Assembly (NCBI GenBank): GCA_032251315.1
Contig: JAVVEE010000005.1
Location: 1 to 59,440, forward strand
Source of the DNA: Gammaproteobacteria bacterium
GTDB taxonomy: Bacteria > Pseudomonadota > Gammaproteobacteria > SZUA-229
Direction of reading: 5' to 3'
DNA: 59,440 bases
In this document: positions 39,838-49,149 of the stretch, piece by piece
Layout of the letters: each line of letters starts with the position of its first letter
Numbering within the stretch: the stretch's first letter is position 1
Notes under the pieces: generated by a model
What the model was told of the DNA's origin: nothing
What the model saw: only the letters and a program-made list of their open reading frames with translations
The model's database searches: none
Position numbers and translations under genes: made by a program

Positions 39838-40854
39838 ATGAACATCGGCCCCTATAAACTTAAAAACCCTCTACTGCTGGCACCCATGGCGGGTATTACC
39901 GACCTGCCTTTTCGTACGCTCTGTCGCGAGATGGGGGCAGCGTTGGCGGTTTCCGAGATGGTCACCTCCAACAAACAACTGTGGCACTCCCGCAAAACCC
40001 GGCTCAGACTCGACCATACCGGCGAAGGCGCACCCTGTAGCGTTCAGATCGCCGGTACCGACCCTGTGCAGATGGCGGAAGCCGCGCAGTTCAATGTTGA
40101 AAATGGCGCGCAGATTATCGATATCAATATGGGCTGCCCGGCTAAAAAAGTATGCAATGTGATGGCCGGATCAGCCCTGCTTAAAAATGAAAACCGGGTT
40201 GCCGAGATTTTGCGCCAGGTGGTCAATGCCGTGGATGCGCCGGTAACGCTGAAAATACGCACCGGCTGGGACCTCGATAACCGCAATGCCGTCAGCATCG
40301 CCAAAATCGCCGAGGCCGAGGGCATTCAAGCATTGACCATCCATGGCCGCACCCGCGCCTGCGCCTTCAGGGGCGAGGCGGAATACGAAACCATGGCCGA
40401 AGTAAAATCACGCATCAGTATTCCGGTAATTGCCAACGGCGACATCGACTCCCCTGAAAAAGCCGCCGAAGTACTCAGGCAGACCGGTGTTGATGCCCTT
40501 ATGATTGGACGTGGCGCTCAGGGAAGGCCCTGGATTTTTCGGGAGATTCTTTATTATCTGGAACATGGAAAAAATTTACCGGCTCCAGACGCAAAAGAAG
40601 TCAATTTCCTATTGAACAAACACCTCAAAAGCCTGTATGATTTTTATGGCGAAACCATGGGTGTACGAATTGCTCGTAAACATATTAACTGGTACTGTAA
40701 ACATCATTTTAATCAGCCGCCTGAAACGACCCCGGATCTCGCCACCGAAGTTGAGTCATTTAGAAAAAGTATAAATAAAATAGAATCCACCGCGATTCAG
40801 CTTGAAAAAACTCTACGTTTTTTCACCACCCAAGGGAGAACACCGGCTCCATGA
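39838..40854 (+). CDS. dusB: tRNA-dihydrouridine synthase B
   Basis: 'LLAPMAGITDLPFR', 'DINMGCPAKKV' and 'HGRTR'. fis follows with an ATGA overlap. Confidence 0.93.
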   Translation: MNIGPYKLKNPLLLAPMAGITDLPFRTLCREMGAALAVSEMVTSNKQLWHSRKTRLRLDHTGEGAPCSVQIAGTDPVQMAEAAQFNVENGAQIIDINMGCPAKKVCNVMAGSALLKNENRVAEILRQVVNAVDAPVTLKIRTGWDLDNRNAVSIAKIAEAEGIQALTIHGRTRACAFRGEAEYETMAEVKSRISIPVIANGDIDSPEKAAEVLRQTGVDALMIGRGAQGRPWIFREILYYLEHGKNLPAPDAKEVNFLLNKHLKSLYDFYGETMGVRIARKHINWYCKHHFNQPPETTPDLATEVESFRKSINKIESTAIQLEKTLRFFTTQGRTPAP

Positions 40855-41162
40855 GCGCGCAAAATATCTATTCCATCGATGAGCGTCTGGATAAAAGAAC
40901 AAACCTCGACGAAGAGCTGCCTGAACCTCATCAGGCTTCACCGATTTACGATGCGGTAAAAACTTCTATTCAGCGCTACCTGCAGGAACTCGAAGATACC
41001 GAACCCTGCGACATGTACAACATGGTACTGCGCCAGATTGAACAGCCCTTGCTGGAGGCGGTACTGGAACACACCGGCGGCAATCAGTCACGCGCTGCTG
41101 AATGTCTGGGGCTGAATCGAGGCACCCTGCGCAAAAAGCTGCGCCTCTATCAACTGGGCTGA
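40851..41162 (+). CDS. fis: DNA-binding protein Fis
   Basis: 103 aa with the C-terminal HTH 'GNQSRAAECLGLNRGTLRKKLRLY'. Confidence 0.92.
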   Translation: MSAQNIYSIDERLDKRTNLDEELPEPHQASPIYDAVKTSIQRYLQELEDTEPCDMYNMVLRQIEQPLLEAVLEHTGGNQSRAAECLGLNRGTLRKKLRLYQLG

Positions 41163-41385
41163 TGGTTCACGCACGGCTTTGACTTTCCGTCAATCCATGT
41201 CGGCTCCGCAAAAGCTGAAGTCAATTACATCACAGATTAACGCCACTCAAAAGACCGTCCGTAAACAGCATAAAATACTCTTAGTCACTTCAACATGATT
41301 GACGTCTTTTAGCTTGCTTCTGCACCCGGCCTGCGTTCTCCGGTATAATTGCCGCCCTTATTAACCCTCGCAGACGAGACTGAAA

Positions 41386-42963
41386 ATGACCGAATTAAGC
41401 CAGCGTCCGGTTCGACGCGCCCTCCTGAGTGTTTCCGACAAGACCGGCATTGTCGATTTTGCCAAAAGCCTGCACCAGCGTGGCATCGAAATTCTATCCA
41501 CCGGGGGTACTGCTAAATTACTGGTCGATGCCTTTATACCAGTTAAGGAAGTCTCTCAGCACACCGGCTTTCCCGAAATCATGGATGGCAGGGTAAAAAC
41601 GTTGCACCCTAAAATTCACGGCGGCATTCTGGGCCGCCGCGGCATTGATGATGACGTGATGAAAGCCAATGACATCAGCCCCATCGACCTGGTGGTGGTT
41701 AATTTATATCCGTTTGAAGCAACCGTCGCCAAAGAAAACTGCGCACTGGATGACGCCATCGAGAATATCGACATCGGTGGCCCGGCCATGGTTCGCGCTA
41801 CCGCCAAAAATTATGCTTTCGTCAGCATCATCGTCGAACCTGTTGACTACGGACGCGTTCTTGAGGAAATGGAAGCCAGCGACGGCATTATCTCCGAGGC
41901 TACCCGCTTCGACCTGGCGGTCAAGGCTTTCGAGCATACCGCTAAATATGACGGCATGATCGCCAACTATCTGGGCCGTATCAAAGCCGATGGCAGCAAG
42001 GATAATTTTCCGCGTACCATCAACCTTCAGTTCAACAAGGCTCAGGAGATGCGTTATGGTGAGAACCCGCATCAGCAGGCGGCTTTCTACATCGATCCCG
42101 CGTCCACCGAAGCCTGCATCGCCACCGCCAAACAAGTGCAGGGTAAAGAGCTTTCTTTCAATAACATCGGTGACACTGATGCTGCACTGGAGTGTGTCAA
42201 GCAGTTCAAAGATCCGGCCTGTGTCATTGTTAAGCACGCCAACCCCTGCGGCGTAGCGGTTAATAAAACCATACTGGAAGCCTATAACCGCGCTTACCTT
42301 ACCGACCCCGAATCAGCCTTTGGTGGCATCATCGCATTTAACCGTGAGCTTGATGGCGAAACCGCAAAAGCTATCGTTGAACGTCAGTTTGTGGAAGTCA
42401 TCATTGCCCCCAGCATCAGCCAGGCGGCCAAAGAGGCAGTAGCCGAGAAGAAGAATGTACGTCTGCTGGAATGCGGCGAATGGGACATGGAAAACGTAAT
42501 AGCCCGTCTGGATTACAAACGCGTCAACGGCGGATTGCTGGTTCAGGATGCTGATCTGGAACTGTATAACACCATGGACATTGTCAGCAAACGCAAACCG
42601 TCCGAGAGCGACATCACCGACATGCTGTTCGCCTGGCGTGTGGCCAAATTCGTTAAGTCCAATGCCATCGTTTACGGCAAAGACAATATGACCATCGGTG
42701 TCGGCGCGGGCCAGATGAGTCGCATCAACAGTGCGCGTATTGCAGGTATAAAAGCTGAGCACGCCGGCCTGAATGTCCAGGGTTCGGTAATGGCCTCCGA
42801 TGCCTTCTTCCCTTTCCGTGACGGCATCGACGCCGCCCATGAAGCCGGCATCGTCGCCGTCATTCAGCCGGGTGGCTCTATGCGAGACGACGAAGTCATT
42901 GCCGCCGCCGACGAACACAATATGATCATGATGCTAACGGGTATGCGTCACTTCAGGCATTAA
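41386..42963 (+). CDS. purH: Bifunctional AICAR transformylase / IMP cyclohydrolase
   Basis: 525 aa with '[12 protein letters not shown]', '[15 protein letters not shown]', and the C-terminal 'TGMRHFRH'. Confidence 0.96.
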   Translation: MTELSQRPVRRALLSVSDKTGIVDFAKSLHQRGIEILSTGGTAKLLVDAFIPVKEVSQHTGFPEIMDGRVKTLHPKIHGGILGRRGIDDDVMKANDISPIDLVVVNLYPFEATVAKENCALDDAIENIDIGGPAMVRATAKNYAFVSIIVEPVDYGRVLEEMEASDGIISEATRFDLAVKAFEHTAKYDGMIANYLGRIKADGSKDNFPRTINLQFNKAQEMRYGENPHQQAAFYIDPASTEACIATAKQVQGKELSFNNIGDTDAALECVKQFKDPACVIVKHANPCGVAVNKTILEAYNRAYLTDPESAFGGIIAFNRELDGETAKAIVERQFVEVIIAPSISQAAKEAVAEKKNVRLLECGEWDMENVIARLDYKRVNGGLLVQDADLELYNTMDIVSKRKPSESDITDMLFAWRVAKFVKSNAIVYGKDNMTIGVGAGQMSRINSARIAGIKAEHAGLNVQGSVMASDAFFPFRDGIDAAHEAGIVAVIQPGGSMRDDEVIAAADEHNMIMMLTGMRHFRH

Positions 42964-43200
42964 GGCTTCTCCCCGCCTCAGCGTGAACAAAAGTACGTCA
43001 GGCGGGGGACGTTCATGCGTGAAAAAGATAAAAAAACATCTAGTGCGCAGATGAGCACAGATAAACGCGGATAAAGGCAAAACCAAATCTTGTTAATGCA
43101 ACCCCGACATCTTCTTTCTAATTGCTTTTTTCGCGAAGCAAAAGGTTCTATCCACCGCGGATATAAGTTTTTTACTTATATTAATTCACAGAACAAGATT

Positions 43201-43710
43201 CTAGGGAGTAAGTAAAAGCTCAACCTGATCTGCAATGTTCAGATTGCCATTTAATCGCCAGTCACCGTCGCTGAGTTCAAGGTACCATTTACCCGGAATT
43301 AGCGGCTGCTTGATGATGCCGATATATTGATCTCGCTGTCCATGGTTGAGTTCCAGCAGCACATCGTTACCCGCTTTTGTGGCGTATAGCAGCTTTAGTT
43401 GCAGCGTATCAGGATAGCTTTCCAGCTCAGCCTTATTTAATGCCAGATAAACCCGAGTCAGTCCCTCTGATTTATTCATTTCCAGAGCGGCGGTAATATT
43501 CATTTCCTGTGCCTGAATGTCACGACGCAAATCAAGATTAATCGCTTTACCCTGCTTGTAATAATCATCTTTGACCAGGCCGTCGTCGGTAATGATCGCA
43601 AGCCAGATCATAATTACGCCCATTACTACTGCCGAGAACGGGATCACCAGCATCATCCACACCATCGGATATCGGTACCAGGGAAATTCGTCTGCATTAC
43701 TGATATTCAT
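43201..43710 (-). CDS. ccoH: FixH/CcoH-family cbb3 oxidase assembly protein
   Basis: 169 aa with 'PWYRYPMVWMMLVIPFSAVVMGVIMIWLA' followed by 'DDYYKQG'. It lies directly after ccoG (TAAATG junction). Confidence 0.8.
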   Translation of the reverse strand: MNISNADEFPWYRYPMVWMMLVIPFSAVVMGVIMIWLAIITDDGLVKDDYYKQGKAINLDLRRDIQAQEMNITAALEMNKSEGLTRVYLALNKAELESYPDTLQLKLLYATKAGNDVLLELNHGQRDQYIGIIKQPLIPGKWYLELSDGDWRLNGNLNIADQVELLLTP

Positions 43711-45147
43711 TTACAAAGGCCCTATAAAACGCGCTTCTTCACTGATGACCAGATCGTCTCTGTGTTCCGCACGTATGATGAATTGAATGGTACTACTTCG
43801 CTTATCCAGGTTCTCCGGATCAACTTTTGCCCTGATTGGAATCTCTACCACACTGCTGGCATCAACTTCGATAAAAGGACGGTCCATATCGATCTTCATA
43901 CCTTTGATGCCCGTAGCTGATAAATAATAGCGGCGGCGTTTAGTCTCCTTATTCATTACTTTTACGATATATACATTCTCCACCAGGCCTTCATTGGTCT
44001 CACGATACAGCGTATTCCGATCTCGAATTACATCCAGCGCCAAAGGTTCTCGCTGGGAGATTGCATAGAAAGTACTGACGATGATAGCCAGCAGGATAAG
44101 GCCATAGACAATAATTCGAGGCCGCAGAAAATGGGCGGTAGAGCCTTTCAATATATTTTCAGTGGTGTAGCGAATCAGGCCCTTCGGATAATCCATCTTT
44201 TCCATCACATCGTCACAGGCATCAATGCAGGCCGCACAACCGATGCACTCATATTGCAAGCCCTCACGAATATCTATGCCTGTAGGACAGACCTGTACAC
44301 AGATGGTGCAGTCGATACAGTCGCCCAGCCCCTCTGCTTTATAATCAATGCCTTTCTTACGTTTACCGCGCGGTTCGCCGCGATTGGTATCGAAAGAAAT
44401 AATCAGCGTATCGTTGTCGATCATGGCGCTCTGGAAACGCGCATAGGGGCACATATAAATGCAGACCTGTTCACGCAACCAGCCGGCATTACCATAGGTA
44501 GCGGCGCCATAGAAGACAATCCAGAACCATTCCCAGGGACCGAGATTAAGATTAATCGCGTTGACAGCCAGCTCCCTCATCGGCGAGAAATACCCGACAA
44601 AAGTCAGGCCTGTATATAAAGAAAAAATAATCCAGATGGCGTGCTTGGTAGCCTTGATTCTGAACTTTCTGGCCGTAAGAGGCGCCTTGTCCAGCTTCAT
44701 TTGCTGAGGGCGATCGCCCTCGATTTTTCTTTCAATCCACAGAAAAACTTCTGTCCAGACGGTCTGCGGGCAGGCAAAGCCGCACCACAAGCGCCCGGCC
44801 AGAGCGGTGAAGAAAAACAGGGATAAGGCGGCGATAATCAGCAGCAGCGCCAGATAAAAGAAATCCTGTGGCCAGAAGACGGTGCCAAAGATATGAAATT
44901 TTCGCTCGGGCAGATCAAAAAGGACAATTTGAGTACCTTCCCACTCCAGCCACGGCAAAACATAGTACAAACCCAGCAATACAAAAACACCCAGCACTCG
45001 CAGCGCGGCAAACAGGCCATGCACTTCACGCGGGTAGATTTTCTCTCGCTTGGCGTATAAAGACTGCTCTACTTCAGTTTCGGAGGAAGTAGCTCGATTC
45101 GTTTGAGCTGCTTTAGATACAGGGTCTTTTTTAGAGGATTCGGTCAT
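43711..45147 (-). CDS. ccoG: Cytochrome c oxidase accessory protein CcoG/FixG (polyferredoxin)
   Basis: 478 aa with TM segments, 'CGFACPQ', and two 4Fe-4S motifs ('CIDCTICVQVCP', 'CIGCAACIDAC'). Confidence 0.9.
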   Translation of the reverse strand: MTESSKKDPVSKAAQTNRATSSETEVEQSLYAKREKIYPREVHGLFAALRVLGVFVLLGLYYVLPWLEWEGTQIVLFDLPERKFHIFGTVFWPQDFFYLALLLIIAALSLFFFTALAGRLWCGFACPQTVWTEVFLWIERKIEGDRPQQMKLDKAPLTARKFRIKATKHAIWIIFSLYTGLTFVGYFSPMRELAVNAINLNLGPWEWFWIVFYGAATYGNAGWLREQVCIYMCPYARFQSAMIDNDTLIISFDTNRGEPRGKRKKGIDYKAEGLGDCIDCTICVQVCPTGIDIREGLQYECIGCAACIDACDDVMEKMDYPKGLIRYTTENILKGSTAHFLRPRIIVYGLILLAIIVSTFYAISQREPLALDVIRDRNTLYRETNEGLVENVYIVKVMNKETKRRRYYLSATGIKGMKIDMDRPFIEVDASSVVEIPIRAKVDPENLDKRSSTIQFIIRAEHRDDLVISEEARFIGPL

Positions 45148-45231
45148 TGATTACCAAAAAACATTAGAACATTAACAGATTCTATTATACACGGGAGCAG
45201 ATATAGTTTAACCGTTTTTGATACTATCTAA

Positions 45232-45492
45232 TTAAAGACGTGATTCAGTATCAGGTTTTTTTGGAGGTTTGCACGGCTTCAAAAAGAAGCAGGTGGCCAT
45301 GCAGTTGAGTACGCCAAACAGCCAGAAAATGAAGAAGCCTACGGTGTAAGCACCTAAACGACTGATATCGTAATCGATAAAAATAATACCAGGATCAAAA
45401 GCAGTGAAAAAGATAATCGTCGCAATACCGGCCGTGATAAAAGATGGCCACAGTATTGAGACGATTCTTTGTGTTACATTTACATTTGTCAT
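45232..45492 (-). CDS. Hypothetical small two-TM membrane protein
   Basis: 86 aa with two hydrophobic helices and a basic Cys/Pro/Lys-rich tail ('CFFLKPCKPPKKPD'). It lies between ccoP and ccoG on the same strand. Confidence 0.5.
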   Translation of the reverse strand: MTNVNVTQRIVSILWPSFITAGIATIIFFTAFDPGIIFIDYDISRLGAYTVGFFIFWLFGVLNCMATCFFLKPCKPPKKPDTESRL

Positions 45493-45547
45493 GGTCAGAT
45501 ATTACACGAACCTGATTTTTTGGCTAGTAGAGTTTATACACATTCCA

Positions 45548-46459
45548 CTATTTGCTTTCCTGTGACAGGCTGTATATGTAAGCCGCTAGAATGTGTACTT
45601 TTGCTTCGCCGAGGAAATCAGCATGTGCCGGCATTCGACCAGTACGGCCTTTGGCAATCGATTGCTTAATAGCCTTGTTCGACCCACCGTATAACCAGAT
45701 ATTATCAGTCAAGTTAGGCGCACCCACTGCCTGATTACCCGTACCCTCCGGCATATGGCAGCCTACACAGAACATGTCATATTTAGCCTTACCCGCAGCC
45801 GCCAGCTCGGCATCTATCTCACGTCCAGTGAGTTGCTCAACATATTCAGCAACCTGTGCAACGCCCTCTTCACCACCCAGAGCACCTTCCCAGGAAGGCA
45901 TCGCACCGGTTCTGCCGAGCAGGATAGTCGTCTTTATGGTCTCCGGTTCGCCACCATACAGCCAGTCATGGTCACGCAAATTGGGGAAGCCTTTCGCACC
46001 GCGTGCGTCAGAACCATGACACGCTGAGCAATAATTGACGTATAAACGTTCGCCTGTCTGCATGGCATCATCATCAGCGGCCAATACTGCCAGATCTTCA
46101 TTCAGGTACTTCTCATAGAGAGGCCCATACTCAGCATCCGCTTTAGCCACTGCGGTTTCATATTCTGAAATCTGAGTCCAGCCCAGCACGCCTTTAAAGG
46201 TACCCATCCCCGGGTACAGGATTAGATATACCACCCCGAATACGATGGTGATATAAAACATATACAGCCACCAACGAGGTAAGGGATTATTTAACTCCTG
46301 GAGATCTTCATCCCAGATATGCCCCGTGGGTTTCGCCTTGCCATCTGCGGGCAGCTCAACTTTGTTGTTTATCTGAAGCAGATAAAGCATCCAGACAATG
46401 CCACCTACGACTATAGCGCTGATAAACCAGCTCCAGAATTCGCTATTAAAGTCAGACAT
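45548..46459 (-). CDS. ccoP: cbb3-type cytochrome c oxidase subunit P (dihaem c)
   Basis: An N-terminal TM segment and two CxxCH motifs ('CSACHG', 'CVGCHM'). Confidence 0.93.
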   Translation of the reverse strand: MSDFNSEFWSWFISAIVVGGIVWMLYLLQINNKVELPADGKAKPTGHIWDEDLQELNNPLPRWWLYMFYITIVFGVVYLILYPGMGTFKGVLGWTQISEYETAVAKADAEYGPLYEKYLNEDLAVLAADDDAMQTGERLYVNYCSACHGSDARGAKGFPNLRDHDWLYGGEPETIKTTILLGRTGAMPSWEGALGGEEGVAQVAEYVEQLTGREIDAELAAAGKAKYDMFCVGCHMPEGTGNQAVGAPNLTDNIWLYGGSNKAIKQSIAKGRTGRMPAHADFLGEAKVHILAAYIYSLSQESK

Positions 46460-46461
46460 GT

Positions 46462-46662
46462 TTACTCCTTATTTTTATCATTATTACTAATGGGTTGATC
46501 GTCACTTGGTTCATTATCACTAATGGGTTTATCGTCATCCATGGCCATACGTGCCGCTTTCTCGAAGTCATCTTTGCGACCGCTGCTCCACGCCCATATA
46601 ACAATGCCAACAAATATGACAAAGGCAACAACGGTCCAGATTATTTGTACTGTAGTACTCAT
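46462..46662 (-). CDS. ccoQ: cbb3-type cytochrome c oxidase subunit Q
   Basis: 66 aa with a single TM segment ('[19 protein letters not shown]'). It sits between ccoO and ccoP and overlaps ccoO by 4 nt. Confidence 0.85.
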   Translation of the reverse strand: MSTTVQIIWTVVAFVIFVGIVIWAWSSGRKDDFEKAARMAMDDDKPISDNEPSDDQPISNNDKNKE

Positions 46663-47270
46663 CGACGCACTTTTAACTGGGTACCCAGAGATTGTAGATA
46701 GGCAATCACGGCATCCATTTCTGTCTTATCTTTGATAGCCGTAGTGGCATTTGCCACATCATCTTCGGTATAGGGCACACCTAACGAAATCAACGTCCTC
46801 ATCTTGGCCTGAATGGAATCATCATTCAGTTTATTTTCATCCAGCCAGTGATAGCTAGGCATAATAGACTCAGGCACCAGGTCGCGTGGATTGATCAAAT
46901 GAGCACGATGCCATTCATCGGAATAGCGATCACCGACGCGATGCAAATCCGGGCCGGTACGTTTTGAACCCCAGAGGAATGGACGATCGTAAACAAATTC
47001 ACTGGCAACCGAATAATGACCATAACGCTCAGTTTCGGCACGGAAGGGTCGAATCATCTGAGAATGGCAACCTACGCAGCCTTCACGAATATAGATATCA
47101 CGACCCGACAACTGTAATGCGGTATAAGGTTTTAATCCTTCAATCGGCTCAGTTGTTGATTTCTGAAAGAACAGTGGAACAATCTGAGCGAGTCCGCCCC
47201 ATAGAACCACAACGAGTGACAGCACAATCAGCACGCCCACTTTGGTTTCTACTTTATCCTGTAATGACAT
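46659..47270 (-). CDS. ccoO: cbb3-type cytochrome c oxidase subunit O (monohaem c)
   Basis: 203 aa with a TM anchor and 'CVGCHSQ'. Confidence 0.94.
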   Translation of the reverse strand: MSLQDKVETKVGVLIVLSLVVVLWGGLAQIVPLFFQKSTTEPIEGLKPYTALQLSGRDIYIREGCVGCHSQMIRPFRAETERYGHYSVASEFVYDRPFLWGSKRTGPDLHRVGDRYSDEWHRAHLINPRDLVPESIMPSYHWLDENKLNDDSIQAKMRTLISLGVPYTEDDVANATTAIKDKTEMDAVIAYLQSLGTQLKVRR

Positions 47271-47281
47271 ATCTGCTTCTC

Positions 47282-48706
47282 CTAGTGCGCTGCAGTGGGT
47301 GCAGGAATGGTCGCTACCACCGGCTGGCGTCTGGCAATGGTTTTAAATACGTTGTAGGCCATGATCAGCATACCGGTCAGGAACAATACGCCACCGAGGA
47401 ACCGAACAATATAGAAGGGATGCATTGCCTGCACACTTTCTACAAAGCTGTAGGTTAAGGTGCCGTCGTCATTAACTGCACGCCACATCAGGCCTTGCAT
47501 AATGCCCGATGTCCACATCGAAGTAATGTACAGCACGATACCGATAGTCGCGATCCAGAAATGTGTTTCCATCAGTTTCTTACTGTACATTTCAGTGCCG
47601 AATAGACGTGGAATCAAAAAGTAAATTGCACCAATACTGATAAATGCGACCCAGCCTAAAGCACCTGAATGTACATGACCAACAGTCCAGTCAGTGTAGT
47701 GTGACAGCGCATTGACGGTCTTGATCGCCATCATCGGGCCTTCGAACGTCGACATGCCGTAGAACGAAACCGAAACAATCATAAACTTAAGGATGGGATC
47801 GGTACGTAGTTTGTGCCAGGCACCGGACAGGGTCATCATGCCGTTAATCATGCCGCCCCATGAAGGCGCCAACAGAATCAGGGAGAACACCATGCCCAGA
47901 GATTGCGTCCAGTCAGGCAGTGCTGTGTAGTGCAGATGATGAGGACCCGCCCAGATATAGGTGAACGATAAAGCCCAGAAATGCACTACTGATAAACGAT
48001 AGGAGTAAACCGGACGCTCAGCCTGCTTGGGCAGGAAGTAATACATGATACCCAGAAAGCCCGCTGTCAGAAAAAATCCAACTGCGTTATGTCCATACCA
48101 CCACTGGATCATGGCATCCTGCACACCAGCATAGGCAGAGTAGGATTTAAAAAAGGTAACCGGTACTGATGCACTGTTCACAATATGCAACAAGGCCACG
48201 GTGAGAATAAACGCACCAAAAAACCAGTTCGCCACATAAATATGCTTGACCTTACGCTTGGCGATGGTGCCAAAAAACACAACTGCGTAACTGACCCAGA
48301 CAATGGTAATGAGAATATCTATCGGCCATTCCAGCTCGGCATACTCTTTCGAGGAAGTAATACCCAGTGGCAGTGTAATAGCGGCTAACAAGATAACCGC
48401 CATCCAGCCCCAGAAGGTAAATGCGGCCAGCTTGGGTGCAAATAATCGCACATGACAGGTTCGCTGCACTACGTAATAGGAGGTTGCAAACAGAGCCGAA
48501 CCACCAAAAGCAAATACAACTGCATTGGTATGTAGAGGCCGCAGACGACCAAAGGTCAGCCACGGGGTATCAAAATTCATTGCGGGCCAGGCCATCTGAG
48601 ACGCGATTAATACGCCAACAGTCATACCCACAATACCCCAAATAACTGTCATCACAGCAAACTGCCTGACGACTGTATAGTTATAGGTCATGCTTTCATC
48701 ATTCAT
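47282..48706 (-). CDS. ccoN: cbb3-type cytochrome c oxidase catalytic subunit N
   Basis: 474 aa with about 12 TM segments and conserved His ligand contexts ('HFWALSF', 'GPHHLHY', '[11 protein letters not shown]'). Confidence 0.95.
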   Translation of the reverse strand: MNDESMTYNYTVVRQFAVMTVIWGIVGMTVGVLIASQMAWPAMNFDTPWLTFGRLRPLHTNAVVFAFGGSALFATSYYVVQRTCHVRLFAPKLAAFTFWGWMAVILLAAITLPLGITSSKEYAELEWPIDILITIVWVSYAVVFFGTIAKRKVKHIYVANWFFGAFILTVALLHIVNSASVPVTFFKSYSAYAGVQDAMIQWWYGHNAVGFFLTAGFLGIMYYFLPKQAERPVYSYRLSVVHFWALSFTYIWAGPHHLHYTALPDWTQSLGMVFSLILLAPSWGGMINGMMTLSGAWHKLRTDPILKFMIVSVSFYGMSTFEGPMMAIKTVNALSHYTDWTVGHVHSGALGWVAFISIGAIYFLIPRLFGTEMYSKKLMETHFWIATIGIVLYITSMWTSGIMQGLMWRAVNDDGTLTYSFVESVQAMHPFYIVRFLGGVLFLTGMLIMAYNVFKTIARRQPVVATIPAPTAAH

Positions 48707-48833
48707 AGGTGCATCCTTCAGCGTTCCTGAGAACCGTTATTATTTTAAAATGTGTCTAAAGCCGCGTAATTTTATACGATCTAAAACGACTAAGCTACCG
48801 AATGGAGCAGAAACAAAACCCCTAAATTGTGGT

Positions 48834-48865
48834 CCTTATTATTAATTGCCCTTATTATTAATTGC
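48834..48865. repeat. Perfect 16-bp tandem duplication in the ccoN upstream region
   Basis: CCTTATTATTAATTGC occurs twice (48834-48849 and 48850-48865), followed by the partial unit CATTGCC. Confidence 0.9.
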
Positions 48866-49002
48866 CATTGCCAACAGTCATCAGTGCGTCGATAATAAAT
48901 ACCACTATTTATTTAGGCCCATAGATCAACGGGAATTAAACCATAGCCTGATTGTCAATTCAAAACAAAAATACTGAGTCTAATAACCTTTTGCATCTAA
49001 AC

Positions 49003-49016
49003 ATGACATGAATCAA
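49003..49016. promoter_or_regulatory. Candidate FNR/Anr box in the ccoN-hemN divergent region
   Basis: aTGAc-ATGA-ATCAA, read toward ccoN as TTGAT-TCAT-GTCAT. It matches 8 of 10 positions of TTGAT-N4-ATCAA, and the TGA-N6-TCA core is intact. Confidence 0.45.
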
Positions 49017-49082
49017 TTTTTATTGTTTTGGCTATTGTTAAAAAATAGAAGCCACTACAACCTTAAGAATCATCAACCGGAT

Positions 49083-49123
49083 TTGACACAAGTCACGGTT
49101 AATAAAAACAACCCATGTATAAT
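49083..49123 (+). promoter_or_regulatory. Candidate class II FNR-dependent promoter of hemN
   Basis: The box TTGAC-ACAA-GTCAC (49083-49096) has an intact TGA-N6-TCA core. TATAAT lies at 49118-49123. The box centre is ~41 nt from the start predicted by that -10 element. The hemN ATG is at 49150. Confidence 0.6.
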
Positions 49124-49149
49124 TTTTTCGACTTATTAAAGAGAAACAT

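Noticed and set aside
43015-43074. 19-codon mini-ORF (MREKDKKTSSAQMSTDKRG) in the purH-ccoH spacer.
   Set aside because: It has no Shine-Dalgarno sequence and is very short. It lies in a region better explained by hairpins and repeats.
45218-45231. TTGAT-ACTA-TCTAA half-FNR-like site upstream of ccoG.
   Set aside because: Only the left half matches the consensus. The distance to the best -10 element (TATAAT, 45184-45189, minus strand) does not fit class II geometry.
48915-48928. ATCAA half-site ('CCATAGATCAACGG') upstream of ccoN, considered as an FNR box.
   Set aside because: The partner half-site (GGCCC) does not match the consensus at all.
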